Below are positions 1 to 9,873 of a DNA stretch of 64,000 nt, piece after piece. The notes under the pieces are model-generated. The model was not told where the DNA came from and ran no database searches. It worked only from the letters and a program-made list of their open reading frames with translations. Every line of letters starts with the position of its first letter. Position 1 is the first letter of the stretch. The stretch covers positions 10,013-74,012 of the IMG/VR virus record IMGVR_UViG_3300020045_007949; one strand, 5' to 3'. The position numbers and the translations under genes were made by a program. This DNA is from a virus. Lineage: Duplodnaviria > Caudoviricetes.

Positions 1-1
1 A

Positions 2-1645
2 TATAGAGAAGAGTATTACGAAAAGATTGGAAATCCAGTTAAAGGCTTCTTGGGATTAATCGAGAAGCAAATTGACAAGGTATTTTCAAGTGAAGATTTC
101 AGAGTACTCTTCTCACAAAAATCAAAGTTACCAAATAAAAGTGATACCGCAGAGTATTATTTTACAAAAGGATACTACAACGGAAGGAATTTGTTAAAGT
201 CATTCGCTGAGTCAATCAAAAGCGACACTTTGATTAAACCAAATAGCGTATTAGCTGTTCTTCCAAATGAGGCGAATGGGGCTTATGCAGCACCATATTA
301 CCTTGTAGCAAAATCCGAGAACGTTCTTTATTTTAAGGCGAATGAGTTTTGTTTAATCAAGTCAGAATTAAAAGCTGACATGACTCTTCAAGATGGAATG
401 ACAATAGTTAGAGAAAAAGGTGATATTTTTTACTTCTTTGATACTGATTCTTACTGTATTGTAAGACACGTTGGATACCATCAAGACGGAAGTAATAAAT
501 ACGATGTAAATAAAATTGGAAATAATTTTAGAACTCACGGCTCTCAATTCTTACCGTGTAAGAAGATTGGTAGAAAGATTAAACAACAAACCGAAGATGG
601 TCACGAACTAAGAACATCTGACCTTGCAGATTCATTCGTATTCCTAAAGGAAGCCGTAATGAATCACGAAGATTTAATCGTTGAACACAATTTTCACGTT
701 TCTTCTCAGGAATGGGTTGTAGGAACAGTTCAATGTAATGAGTGTCACGGTCAAGGAAAAGTTAGAGACAAAACAGGTGGTAAACCTAAAGATTGTCCGA
801 CTTGTCACGGTGCTAAAACAATACCAATTTATGGTGGAAGTGGCTTAGATAAAATGGTTATTCCAATGGATATTGGTTCGTTAGGAAAATCAGAAAAGAT
901 GCCAACTCAATTTGGTGGATTCATTGAAAGGTCTGAAACTGGTGCAAAAATATTCTCTGAAAGTTTTGATAAGAATATCAAGTTAGCATTAAGACCATTC
1001 GGGTTAGAAAACTCAATCATTACTCCTTACAACCAAAGCGGTGACGCAAAGGACAAGGATATGCAAGAGGGATACGCTTTTATGGTTGCTATGTCTGACC
1101 ACATCGAAGAATTACTCGATTTCTTAGTGAAATCAGTAATTGAGATGCGATACAAGAAGTTGCCGAGAGTCACGATTGAGGCGGAAATGCCAAGTATTGC
1201 AGTTCCTAAGAAGTTTAATCTAACATCGGCACAAAGCCTTTACAATAGATTAAAAGACGCAGGAACAAATAATATGCCTGACTCTGTGAAAATGAAGTAC
1301 GTCAAGCAGTTGGTAGAAAAGGAAAGTGGAGTCAACTCTGACGATTACTTATTAGTAAAAGTAAAAGAGAAGTTAGACCCGTTTCCTGCTTATAGTTTTC
1401 AGCAGAAGGTTTTAGCAAGAGATACATTGAGTGATTTAAGATACGTTTTAACAATTAATATTGATTCAATTTTAATTGAATGTATCGAAGAAACAACAGG
1501 ATTCTTGCTTTTAGAATACAAAGAACAAAAGAAATTAGTTTACGCAAAGGCACAAGAATATTTAGATGGAGCAAGTGATAATCTTAAAAAAGATTTCACC
1601 GTAAAGCCAACCACTAATATTGTGACCGAAAATACAACAGTATAA
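2..1645 (+). CDS. Probable portal protein, 5'-truncated by the window edge, with an inserted DnaJ-type CxxCxGxG zinc finger
   Basis: The frame is open from position 2. It is >540 aa and sits directly upstream of scaffold and capsid genes. It contains QCNECHGQG...DCPTCHGAK and the portal-like segment QSGDAKDKD. The call rests on position and size. Confidence 0.65.
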   Translation, partial: YREEYYEKIGNPVKGFLGLIEKQIDKVFSSEDFRVLFSQKSKLPNKSDTAEYYFTKGYYNGRNLLKSFAESIKSDTLIKPNSVLAVLPNEANGAYAAPYYLVAKSENVLYFKANEFCLIKSELKADMTLQDGMTIVREKGDIFYFFDTDSYCIVRHVGYHQDGSNKYDVNKIGNNFRTHGSQFLPCKKIGRKIKQQTEDGHELRTSDLADSFVFLKEAVMNHEDLIVEHNFHVSSQEWVVGTVQCNECHGQGKVRDKTGGKPKDCPTCHGAKTIPIYGGSGLDKMVIPMDIGSLGKSEKMPTQFGGFIERSETGAKIFSESFDKNIKLALRPFGLENSIITPYNQSGDAKDKDMQEGYAFMVAMSDHIEELLDFLVKSVIEMRYKKLPRVTIEAEMPSIAVPKKFNLTSAQSLYNRLKDAGTNNMPDSVKMKYVKQLVEKESGVNSDDYLLVKVKEKLDPFPAYSFQQKVLARDTLSDLRYVLTINIDSILIECIEETTGFLLLEYKEQKKLVYAKAQEYLDGASDNLKKDFTVKPTTNIVTENTTV

Positions 1646-1647
1646 TC

Positions 1648-1806
1648 ATGGCAAAGACAAAAGTGAGCGTTTCTCATAATGTTAGACAAATTGACAACGG
1701 ATTTATTATTAGAACAGAAAAAAGTGACGGAATGAAGTGGAGTACTACCGAAAGATATAGTAAAACAAATCCACTTGATAATACAAAACTTGCAAAAACA
1801 AAATAA
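1648..1806 (+). CDS. Small basic hypothetical protein (52 aa)
   Basis: ATG at 1648, TAA at 1804-1806; fills the gap between portal and the next ORF with the same TAATCATG junction. Not in the ORF track. Confidence 0.6.
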   Translation: MAKTKVSVSHNVRQIDNGFIIRTEKSDGMKWSTTERYSKTNPLDNTKLAKTK

Positions 1807-1808
1807 TC

Positions 1809-2132
1809 ATGGCAGGAAGACCAAAAAAAGTAACAGAATTTTCAGAAGATACACAAGAGGTTGAAGTCGTGGAAACGGTTGAAGAAACTGAGCAAATAGA
1901 GATTCAAGAACCAGTTGACTTTAAAGAATCTGTTGAAGAATTTACAAACGACTTGGTAAAAGAATTTGATAAGGCTATTGAGGAATCAAAAGTAGAGCCA
2001 GTGGTCGTTGACTATCAGCCTAAAGACATTGTAGAGTTCTACAACCTTCGAGGTGAGTTGAGATACGCACCTTACGCTTATATCACAAAACGTGGATATA
2101 AAGCATTGAGAAAGTACACAAAGAAAAAATAA
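1809..2132 (+). CDS. Hypothetical head-module protein (acidic N-terminal half)
   Basis: 107 aa ORF tightly packed between portal and scaffold. Confidence 0.7.
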   Translation: MAGRPKKVTEFSEDTQEVEVVETVEETEQIEIQEPVDFKESVEEFTNDLVKEFDKAIEESKVEPVVVDYQPKDIVEFYNLRGELRYAPYAYITKRGYKALRKYTKKK

Positions 2133-2135
2133 TAT

Positions 2136-3044
2136 ATGAGTAACATCAGAGTAATCTTGGAGTCCAAATTGGATTCAGACACAAAAGTAAAAATTGGCGA
2201 GGATAACCTTGCAAAACTATCAGAAATTACACTTGAAGATGACACGGCAGAAGCGGTAAAAGCAGCGTTGTTAAGTCTTACCGAAGCAGAAAACTCCCCA
2301 ACTATTGTAGGGAAAAACAAGGATAAGTGGCACAAAGAAGCGTTGAAAGGGTTTATGGATTCAATCGACTCAACTACCGCAGAACACTTGTCAGTATTAG
2401 GAGAAGAAGTTCCAACTGATACAAAAGCAAAAAACAAAGCTATTTTAACAGCGTACAAAACGAAGTTAGATGGCTTAAAGGAAGAAGTGGAAACACTTAA
2501 AGTAAAAGTGAAAGACGGTGTTTCAGATGCAGACTCGAAAGCATTAATCGCAGCTAAAGAAGCAGAGATTTCAGAATTGAAGAAAACTCACATTCCAGCG
2601 GATTCGGTTAAAGTTTACAAGGATGAGAATGAGGACATCAAAAAGGAATTAGAGTCATTTAAAAAGGCGAGCATTAGAGAGAAGATTACAAACGCTGCGA
2701 TGAAAAGCGGTATTTTAATCGACATTAATCCCGAATTATTAGATGATATAGTGTACGGTGCAGCGAAGAAGTACGTTGAAACAGAAGTTTTTGGTACCGA
2801 GAAAGTGAAAGCAAAACTTATCTTAGATAAAAATACCAAGCAACTTGTAATTAGAAACGCATCTGATGAATCAATGTCAGTTGTAGTAGATGGTTCAACT
2901 ACATTAACGATTGATACTTTAGTTAAATCTGCTTTAATTAAGTATGGTTTGAATAAAAAATCAGATAATCCTGACCCTGTACCATTTAATCCTGCCGTCA
3001 ATCCAAAACAAGTAGCACCTATTTTAGACAGTAAATATTTTTAA
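2136..3044 (+). CDS. Probable capsid scaffolding protein
   Basis: 302 aa, K/E/A-rich and helical in character, Pro-rich C-terminal tail, immediately upstream of the capsid gene. Confidence 0.65.
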   Translation: MSNIRVILESKLDSDTKVKIGEDNLAKLSEITLEDDTAEAVKAALLSLTEAENSPTIVGKNKDKWHKEALKGFMDSIDSTTAEHLSVLGEEVPTDTKAKNKAILTAYKTKLDGLKEEVETLKVKVKDGVSDADSKALIAAKEAEISELKKTHIPADSVKVYKDENEDIKKELESFKKASIREKITNAAMKSGILIDINPELLDDIVYGAAKKYVETEVFGTEKVKAKLILDKNTKQLVIRNASDESMSVVVDGSTTLTIDTLVKSALIKYGLNKKSDNPDPVPFNPAVNPKQVAPILDSKYF

Positions 3045-3067
3045 TATATTAAATCCACACAACAAAA

Positions 3068-4435
3068 ATGGTAATAAGAAATACGCCTGAGATTTGCCCT
3101 ACATCAGCGACGGTGAATATTCAACTGGCAACAGGAATGGGTTCATTACAAGGCGATGCCTCGAACTACGGTGCGTTAAAGGCGGTAATGTCTCAAAGAC
3201 AAGATAGAGTAGTTGAAGCATTAGACCCTCGTGACTGTGCTTCTAAGATTTGGACAGACGGAGATGGTAATTTCGGGGTAACTTTGGAATACAACATCCC
3301 TGACTGTACTGAATTAGATACAGATTGTGCAGACTTTACTTGTGCGTCAGGTGAAACAGCTACACCAACAACCGAAACAACTCCATTCTCTATTGAGCAA
3401 TGTGCGTTCTTCAAAACAACTTTGTCTCACAAAGATTGGGACGATATGTGTTGTGATGTAGCACCTTATTACAATCAAGTATTGCAAGCTCGTGCAAGTG
3501 GCGGTGGTCAAGCTGCTGCTGTTGTTCTTCAAAGAGCAATCAACGAACTTTCGACTACTGGTAATTTCGACAGAATGTATAACGCCAAGTTATTGTCTGA
3601 AAAAATCTACCACTCATTCAATGCACCGTTCACTGGTCAGTTATGGAAAATCAATGACCACGCTTTGACTAAGTTGAAGGCTGGTGCTGGTTACAATTGG
3701 GCTGTTGACCCGTTGACTGGCGACCCTGTGGCTGCTGGTGATTGGGAATTGCCTGTATTGACTTCAAGCGTAACTGCTGCCGACCCTACTTTGATTCCTT
3801 ATGGATTAAAAAGAGTTGACGCTAATTTGTTCCGTCTTTACATGGAAGATTTCATTCGTCGTCACCCACGTTGTGGAGCAGGAATGACTTTAGTTGGTGG
3901 AAATATTTTCGCTAAATTATTAGCAGAAGTAGGTATCCAAGCTGGCGTAAATGACGCAGGTATCGACACTGGTGCAGTACTTCGTAGAGCATTAGGATTC
4001 TTAGGTGAATATGTTCAAGATGATTCAATCGACGCTAAATACGGTGATGGCTCATTCTTCTTATTAGAAGCTAATGTGGCAACAATGTTTTGGTTGACTC
4101 TTTATGGAGACCAAAGATATAACACTCCAAACGCATACTATTGGGCTTCAACAGGTAAAATGGTTGAGAAAATCAAGAATTTCCGTGACGTAGGCGTACT
4201 TCCAATCACAATTGGTAACTGCCGTAACGGAAACATGACTTTACCGATGGATATGTTCATTCATACTCCGCACGTTTCTACGTTGGCTTGTGATGCGAAT
4301 CCAACATTCAACATTCAAGCAAAAGCACAATACGAGGTATTTACTCGTCCTGCTTTCGGATGTGCTGACATGAATCCAACAACAGGTATCTACTACGGAA
4401 AACTCGTTGATGCTATTACAAGTATCTCTGAGTAA
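3068..4435 (+). CDS. Major capsid protein
   Basis: 455 aa after the scaffold; codon usage looks strongly biased (cgt, ggt, gct, ttc); followed by a terminator hairpin; 12 Cys. Confidence 0.75.
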   Translation: MVIRNTPEICPTSATVNIQLATGMGSLQGDASNYGALKAVMSQRQDRVVEALDPRDCASKIWTDGDGNFGVTLEYNIPDCTELDTDCADFTCASGETATPTTETTPFSIEQCAFFKTTLSHKDWDDMCCDVAPYYNQVLQARASGGGQAAAVVLQRAINELSTTGNFDRMYNAKLLSEKIYHSFNAPFTGQLWKINDHALTKLKAGAGYNWAVDPLTGDPVAAGDWELPVLTSSVTAADPTLIPYGLKRVDANLFRLYMEDFIRRHPRCGAGMTLVGGNIFAKLLAEVGIQAGVNDAGIDTGAVLRRALGFLGEYVQDDSIDAKYGDGSFFLLEANVATMFWLTLYGDQRYNTPNAYYWASTGKMVEKIKNFRDVGVLPITIGNCRNGNMTLPMDMFIHTPHVSTLACDANPTFNIQAKAQYEVFTRPAFGCADMNPTTGIYYGKLVDAITSISE

Positions 4436-4462
4436 GAAGTAAAAGTTTAAATCCACACAAAC

Positions 4463-4502
4463 ACCTCGTATTAGGCACTAAAGGGCTTAGTGCGAGGTTT
4501 TC
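4463..4502 (+). terminator. Hairpin/intrinsic terminator after the capsid gene
   Basis: CCTCG..CACTAA-AGGGC-TTAGTG-CGAGG followed by TTTT. Confidence 0.6.
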
Positions 4503-4512
4503 TATTATAATT

Positions 4513-4998
4513 ATGAAGAATTTATCAGAATTAGCATTTGAGATTAAAGAAGACTTGTTTGAGTTTTGGATTAACGGAAAGATTTGGGTATTTGGTATGA
4601 GTGTAGGTATGCTTCTTGACTTTATAAGGGTTTTTATTTTTGCAGACTTCAAATACTTAGCGTGGTTATTTATTGCAATAGCACTGGACTTAGGTGCTAA
4701 ATTGTATGAGATTTGGTTTATACAAAAGTCAAAACCAAGCCTGACAGAGTTAATTAATAAATTACTAAATAAAACAATGAAGTATTCTTTATACTTGATA
4801 ACTTCTCACGTTTTAATAAATTTTGAAGTAGATGGTAAGAGTTTCGATTTCTTAAAATCATTTAATCCATTTGTTTATGGTGTTTTAATCGTAAGAGAAG
4901 TAAACTCTATTATGAAGAATTTAGGAATGAAATTACCAACACAATTAACCAATATTATAAACGAAAAATTCGATACAAAAGATGGCAAAGAAAGTTAA
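4513..4998 (+). CDS. Holin (Phage_holin_4_1 / toxin-secretion-lysis-like)
   Basis: About 3 TM segments; motifs LFIAIALDLG...KLLNKTMKY...LIVREVNSIMKNLG..LP match my recollection of this family; located in the lysis cassette. Confidence 0.7.
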   Translation: MKNLSELAFEIKEDLFEFWINGKIWVFGMSVGMLLDFIRVFIFADFKYLAWLFIAIALDLGAKLYEIWFIQKSKPSLTELINKLLNKTMKYSLYLITSHVLINFEVDGKSFDFLKSFNPFVYGVLIVREVNSIMKNLGMKLPTQLTNIINEKFDTKDGKES

Positions 4999-5071
4999 AA
5001 AACCAAAACCAGCAAAACCTGTTATAACTACTTTGGCTGACGGAGAGCCAAGACCTGAGCCTCGTGGATAA
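4982..5071 (+). CDS. Possible 29-aa K/P-rich peptide (MAKKVKKPKPAKPV...)
   Basis: ATG at 4982, TAA at 5069-5071; fills the gap between two membrane genes. Confidence 0.4.
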   Translation: MAKKVKKPKPAKPVITTLADGEPRPEPRG

Positions 5072-5483
5072 TAGATTAATATACGCTCTTTACTCTTTAG
5101 CTTTCAGTACGCTCTTTATGTCGTTTACTGATAATGGAGAATTTGGCGTAAACTTAAACTCTGTATTCAATTTAGTGACGATGGATAAATCAGTAAGGGG
5201 TAATATTTATTTCGTATTAAATGAATTGCCATTGTTGTTTATCTTCTATAATAGGAGGCAAAAAATATTGAGATTGGCATTTTGGGTTATATTGTCAAAG
5301 TTTTTATACAATTTAGGTATTTTACTAACATTGTATCCTTACAATAAGGGGTATAGCGACTATTTAAACGTAATTATCGTAGGAATTTTCTTATTTTTTG
5401 ACATATATAACCCAAAATGGAAATTTCAATTAAGACAATATTTGGAGTCTTTGAGCCGTTTTTTGCATTTATCGCAACCATAA
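5064..5483 (+). CDS. Multi-pass membrane protein in the lysis cassette
   Basis: 139 aa with about 4 hydrophobic segments; GTG start. Confidence 0.65.
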   Translation: MDNRLIYALYSLAFSTLFMSFTDNGEFGVNLNSVFNLVTMDKSVRGNIYFVLNELPLLFIFYNRRQKILRLAFWVILSKFLYNLGILLTLYPYNKGYSDYLNVIIVGIFLFFDIYNPKWKFQLRQYLESLSRFLHLSQP

Positions 5484-5668
5484 CATTATTTAATGGGATA
5501 ACCACTTACAGGACTGCCGAAGACGGTATCAGAATCTTTATGGCTACCCTTTTCACTATCTATTATATTATAAAAATAGTAAGATTAATAGAGGTAAAGG
5601 ATAAGATTTCTGATATAGAAAAGCGTGTGGAAAGGTTAGAAAAATTAGGAAAAGACAATGATATTTAG
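5417..5668 (+). CDS. Small holin-like membrane protein
   Basis: Two TM segments plus a charged coiled-coil tail (IEKRVERLEK). Confidence 0.55.
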   Translation: MEISIKTIFGVFEPFFAFIATITLFNGITTYRTAEDGIRIFMATLFTIYYIIKIVRLIEVKDKISDIEKRVERLEKLGKDNDI

Positions 5669-5703
5669 TATATTTAGCCTTAAAAACACGAAAGGTCTTT
5701 ATT

Positions 5704-7596
5704 ATGAAAAAATATATGCTTGAACTTGTGAAAAACAAGGCTTTAAAAATAGTTTATTTATTATTCTTCTCAATAGGAGTTTTTGCTCAGAAAACAGATA
5801 TTTTAACAGCAGATTCAACAGGAAATGTTTTTGTAGTTTTTCAAAAAAACGATTCAGTTGCAGTTGTTTTTCGTGGAAAACACACCGCATTTACTACTGA
5901 CCAAATATTCGCCAAGAATCTAAGTGCTTTTGATTTAAAGTTTGAGGGGTTTTCTAAGTTTAAGGTCAAGAAAAATGAGAGCGATTTAGGAGAGATTATT
6001 TATCCTCCTGATATTATTACACCTCCTGACACCACTAATCCACCAAGCGAGGAAACTGTCGCATTTCCAATTGAAGTCAATTATTCTAACCCACGTTATT
6101 GGATAGAGTCATATACTTGGTCAAAAGTTCCTTCAAGTAAGAATATTATCAAAGGAATGAATGGTTACGACTTCGCACCAATAGTATCTAATCAAAACAG
6201 CAAGTACGAATACGGTGAGTGGAATCAACAATACATTTCGATTGGTCAGAAAGATACTTGGAATGACAATGGAAAGTATTTCTTAAAACCAAAAGGATAT
6301 AAAACTGATACTAAAACACATTTGTGGGATTTTGACTTAAAATTCCCCGATTTCTCCCTTCCTAAAGGCAAGATTGTAGTTATTCAAGCTACACCTAAAA
6401 GAGAGATTGGAGTGCATAATTACCTTAAAAAAGGTGTAAGCTATGTAAAGGATAAACAAGGGTCACAAGGCTATACTTTCGTTTCCGATGGATGGCTAAT
6501 TGACTTAGGTTGCCCTCCTGCTTACGATAGCCGACCAAATGCTAAGGAAATCTTTGATAATTGGTGTTCGGAAGTTGATGGAGATAAATTACTACAATCC
6601 TTTATTAATAACGTTTACTACCCAAATAGATATAATGGCTACGTTATGTTGAATTGGGAACACGTAGGTCACAAGTGGAATGTAAGAAATGATAAAATCA
6701 TGCGATGCTTAGAATACTGGCAAGCACATGAACACACCGCTAAAATGGCATTATGGACTGTTTCGGGAGTTTCTATGGGAAAGCCAGTCTTTCAAGGTTT
6801 AGGTATAGATTTTTCAGATGCACTTAACTTTAATGGAACTATCGAAGAGTTTAGAAATAAATTTGGAAATAATATTACAGTCGATGACTCATACTCAAAA
6901 TATGTAGAAATTAGTCAAGTTGGTGGCTACATGAATTATCCAATCGACGATGGAGTTGTTCACCACTATCTATTTGAATACCTTCTTAACAAGAAATTTT
7001 ACCCAAACAAACAAGTATTAGTTACAGCTTGGTTTGACCAAGAATTAATTAACACCTTTGATTTAGGCAGGGTAAAGGTAGAAAGCGTTGATGGAACTTA
7101 TTTTGCACAAGTAAAGCCCAAAACATTCCCAAGCATTACTTTTAATTGGGGTGTTTGGTCAATGCTTGGAGATGGAATAGATTTATGGTCAGACCCGAAT
7201 TATTGGACAGATGATAAAAGATATTGGGGTTGGGGTGCAGTTGATATAAACGGAAAAGAGCTTGCAATGAAACACGACGAAGTAGGTGCTAAATATCCTT
7301 CACAAAGCATGAAATCCATTGATTGGTTAATGGCAGGAGTTTGGTCAATGAGTGAGAACAAAGATATTATCGAATATAGTTCTGAGTGGAAATTTATAAC
7401 TCTTCCTACAAAATCATATCACGAAAAATCAGTTTTAATAGCTTACAAGATTAAGGGAAACGAAGTTTTAGTTCTTGGATTTGATGGATTCTGCAATCCT
7501 GATGAAGTAAAAGAACATAAATTCGATATTAATGGAAAAGGATATAAAATTAAAACACACGGTAGATTTACAAGTGTTATGAGAATGAATTTATGA
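5704..7596 (+). CDS. Secreted 630-aa protein, possibly a glycoside-hydrolase-like TIM barrel
   Basis: Signal-peptide-like N-terminus (LLFFSIGVFA/QK), Pro/Thr linker (PPDIITPPDTTNPP), Trp/Tyr-rich body with a YVMLNWEH motif. Confidence 0.55.
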   Translation: MKKYMLELVKNKALKIVYLLFFSIGVFAQKTDILTADSTGNVFVVFQKNDSVAVVFRGKHTAFTTDQIFAKNLSAFDLKFEGFSKFKVKKNESDLGEIIYPPDIITPPDTTNPPSEETVAFPIEVNYSNPRYWIESYTWSKVPSSKNIIKGMNGYDFAPIVSNQNSKYEYGEWNQQYISIGQKDTWNDNGKYFLKPKGYKTDTKTHLWDFDLKFPDFSLPKGKIVVIQATPKREIGVHNYLKKGVSYVKDKQGSQGYTFVSDGWLIDLGCPPAYDSRPNAKEIFDNWCSEVDGDKLLQSFINNVYYPNRYNGYVMLNWEHVGHKWNVRNDKIMRCLEYWQAHEHTAKMALWTVSGVSMGKPVFQGLGIDFSDALNFNGTIEEFRNKFGNNITVDDSYSKYVEISQVGGYMNYPIDDGVVHHYLFEYLLNKKFYPNKQVLVTAWFDQELINTFDLGRVKVESVDGTYFAQVKPKTFPSITFNWGVWSMLGDGIDLWSDPNYWTDDKRYWGWGAVDINGKELAMKHDEVGAKYPSQSMKSIDWLMAGVWSMSENKDIIEYSSEWKFITLPTKSYHEKSVLIAYKIKGNEVLVLGFDGFCNPDEVKEHKFDINGKGYKIKTHGRFTSVMRMNL

Positions 7597-8048
7597 AAAT
7601 AAGTAAACAAGGGTTAGATTTAATAAAGGGATTTGAGTCTTTCGTTCCTAATCCGTACACAGACGCTGTGGGATTGCTAACTATCGGGTATGGTTCTACA
7701 TATTATCCCAATGGGAGTAGGGTAAAAATGACAGATGAGTCTATTACTGAGCAAGAAGCAAGTAGGATGCTTTTTGTAGTTTTTGAAAATGATTTTGCTG
7801 ATTATATTCCGAATAATGTAAATCAGAATCAATTCGATGCACTTGGTTCTTTAATCTATAATATTGGTGCAAGTGCTTTTCTCAAAAGTACACTATATCG
7901 AAAAGTTTCAAAGAACCCAAATGACAAGTCGATTGAGCAAGAGTTTCTTAAATGGAATAAAGGTAGGGTAAGTGGGAAGTTAATTGAACTAAAAGGATTA
8001 ACCAACAGGAGAAAAAAAGAAGTTGAACTGTATTTTAAACCAGTATAA
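7593..8048 (+). CDS. Endolysin, GH24 (T4/RrrD-type) lysozyme
   Basis: LIKGFES...YTDAVGLLTIGYG (E-x8-D-x5-T triad), NQNQFDAL.SL.YNIG, GL.NRR..E. Confidence 0.95.
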   Translation: MKISKQGLDLIKGFESFVPNPYTDAVGLLTIGYGSTYYPNGSRVKMTDESITEQEASRMLFVVFENDFADYIPNNVNQNQFDALGSLIYNIGASAFLKSTLYRKVSKNPNDKSIEQEFLKWNKGRVSGKLIELKGLTNRRKKEVELYFKPV

Positions 8049-8049
8049 C

Positions 8050-8469
8050 ATGAAAATTTTAAGTTTTTTTACAGCACAAAATATTATCACAATCCTTGCT
8101 TGTGTAGGCATATTTTTCTTGGCAACAAAGATTGAGAAACACCAAAACAAGAAGGAATTAAATCGCTTAGATAAAGTAATTTCAAATTACCAAGAAAAGG
8201 TTAAGAAAGACAGTGCAAGCCTATCAGAATACAACTCTCTCGTCTTTAGTTTACAACAAACCATTGATGCTTCAAAAGGAAACGACCAAAAATTCCAAGT
8301 AATTATTACTGAACAAAGAAAAGAAATTTCTGCCTTAAAGAAACAGGAGAATACTTGCTGTGAGGAATTAAAACACTTAGAAGAAACAGAAAATATCCAA
8401 TACTACACTAAAGATTGTTTATCTAAGTGGTATAGAAGGGTATTAGAAAAACCCAAAAACATAAAATAA
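8050..8469 (+). CDS. Probable inner-membrane spanin (Rz-like)
   Basis: Single N-terminal TM followed by a coiled coil, directly after the endolysin. ATG at 8050 is preferred over the track start at 8023. Confidence 0.55.
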   Translation: MKILSFFTAQNIITILACVGIFFLATKIEKHQNKKELNRLDKVISNYQEKVKKDSASLSEYNSLVFSLQQTIDASKGNDQKFQVIITEQRKEISALKKQENTCCEELKHLEETENIQYYTKDCLSKWYRRVLEKPKNIK

Positions 8470-9873
8470 ATGTTTGCATATTCATTAGAAGAATTAAATA
8501 AGGCTTATTTCGACCTGACCACGCTTACACAGTCAGGAGATAAGCCATTTACTATTTTATACGGAGGTCGTAACTCCTCAAAAACATATTCTTGTATTCA
8601 GTGGTTGGTTAAGAAACTTTGGATGGAAGAAGGAGCAAGTGCTATTTGGTATAGAAATGAGAGTGTATCATTGAGAGTAAAGGCTTATGACCCAATAAAA
8701 CAGTTTGCAGAGAGATATGGAATAGACGGAAGTATGACATTTCTGTTTAATAACCTATCAAGATGGATTACTTTAAAAAATGGCAATCAACTGTTATTCG
8801 ACCACTGTTTTCAAGGAAAATCAAAAGGTATAGCAAATATTCGTTATGTAATTATAGATGAGGTTGACCAAGTATCTAAGGATGATTTTCTTGATACTAT
8901 ATCTTCTTATCGCTCTGACCCAAAGATTCGCTTCATCTTAATGTTTAATCCTGTTTCAGAAAAGCACTGGTTAAAAAAAATGTTTTTTGATGTACCTCAA
9001 ACAGAAGAAGAATTTAATGAATCTCTCTACTCAATGGCTAATCGCAGAAAATACACCATTGATGACAATAAATTCGCAACAGAGATGGATTACAAACTTC
9101 TTAATGCCTATAAATATACCGATGCAAATAAGTACAAGGTAATAAGACTTGGAGAGTGGGGAACGACACAGGTTGAGAATCCTTTTTACCATAGATTCGT
9201 ATATAACACCCATACGTATAACGAAGTTCCAATATTCGATGACTACCCAATTTATCTGTCATTTGACTTTGGTAAGTATGATACTTGCGTATTAGGGCAA
9301 CACTTTCAAGACTATGAAATTGGTAGTGACGAGGCTCTTTTAAAACACTTCAATGATAAGACGGCAGCCAATACTCGACTAAGAGATTATAGACAAAGAG
9401 ATATTAAGAAACCACTTAGATTGAGAGATATTATCCACAATATCTTAAATGAATTTGGCACTGATAGAGAATATATAATCTATGGCGATACGTCAGGAGG
9501 CTCAGACGAGTGGTCTAAATTTGCCGAGATTAGAAATTATATGGAAGACGCAGGTTGCGAAATGCTTTCATTTCCAAAAAGGATTAAATTAAGACATAAG
9601 AGTAATGGTGCTATTACGAATTGGTGCTTTACCATGTATGGAACTAATTACAAGATTGACCGAAGATGCGATTTGTTAATCCACGACTTACTATCTGTAA
9701 AGACTGACGACTTCGGCAATATTGATAAGAATGATGCAGTTCGTTGGGATATTTCCCACATCTCTGACTGTTCTCGTTATCTTGACGTTTTAACAGATGG
9801 AATGAATTTTGTAAGAAACAATGCCTACTTCGCTGAGAAAGAACTTGGCAGAGAAGTAGGACTTATTGAATAG
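8470..9873 (+). CDS. terL: Terminase large subunit (PBSX-like)
   Basis: Walker A YGGRNSSKT, Walker B VIIDEVDQ, MFNP motif, RNase H-like nuclease motifs SFDFG and HISDCSRY. Confidence 0.92.
   Translation: MFAYSLEELNKAYFDLTTLTQSGDKPFTILYGGRNSSKTYSCIQWLVKKLWMEEGASAIWYRNESVSLRVKAYDPIKQFAERYGIDGSMTFLFNNLSRWITLKNGNQLLFDHCFQGKSKGIANIRYVIIDEVDQVSKDDFLDTISSYRSDPKIRFILMFNPVSEKHWLKKMFFDVPQTEEEFNESLYSMANRRKYTIDDNKFATEMDYKLLNAYKYTDANKYKVIRLGEWGTTQVENPFYHRFVYNTHTYNEVPIFDDYPIYLSFDFGKYDTCVLGQHFQDYEIGSDEALLKHFNDKTAANTRLRDYRQRDIKKPLRLRDIIHNILNEFGTDREYIIYGDTSGGSDEWSKFAEIRNYMEDAGCEMLSFPKRIKLRHKSNGAITNWCFTMYGTNYKIDRRCDLLIHDLLSVKTDDFGNIDKNDAVRWDISHISDCSRYLDVLTDGMNFVRNNAYFAEKELGREVGLIE

Noticed and set aside
8050-8469. 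Embedded outer-membrane spanin (Rz1-like) gene
   Set aside because: I could not find a lipobox-containing ORF in an alternate frame by eye.
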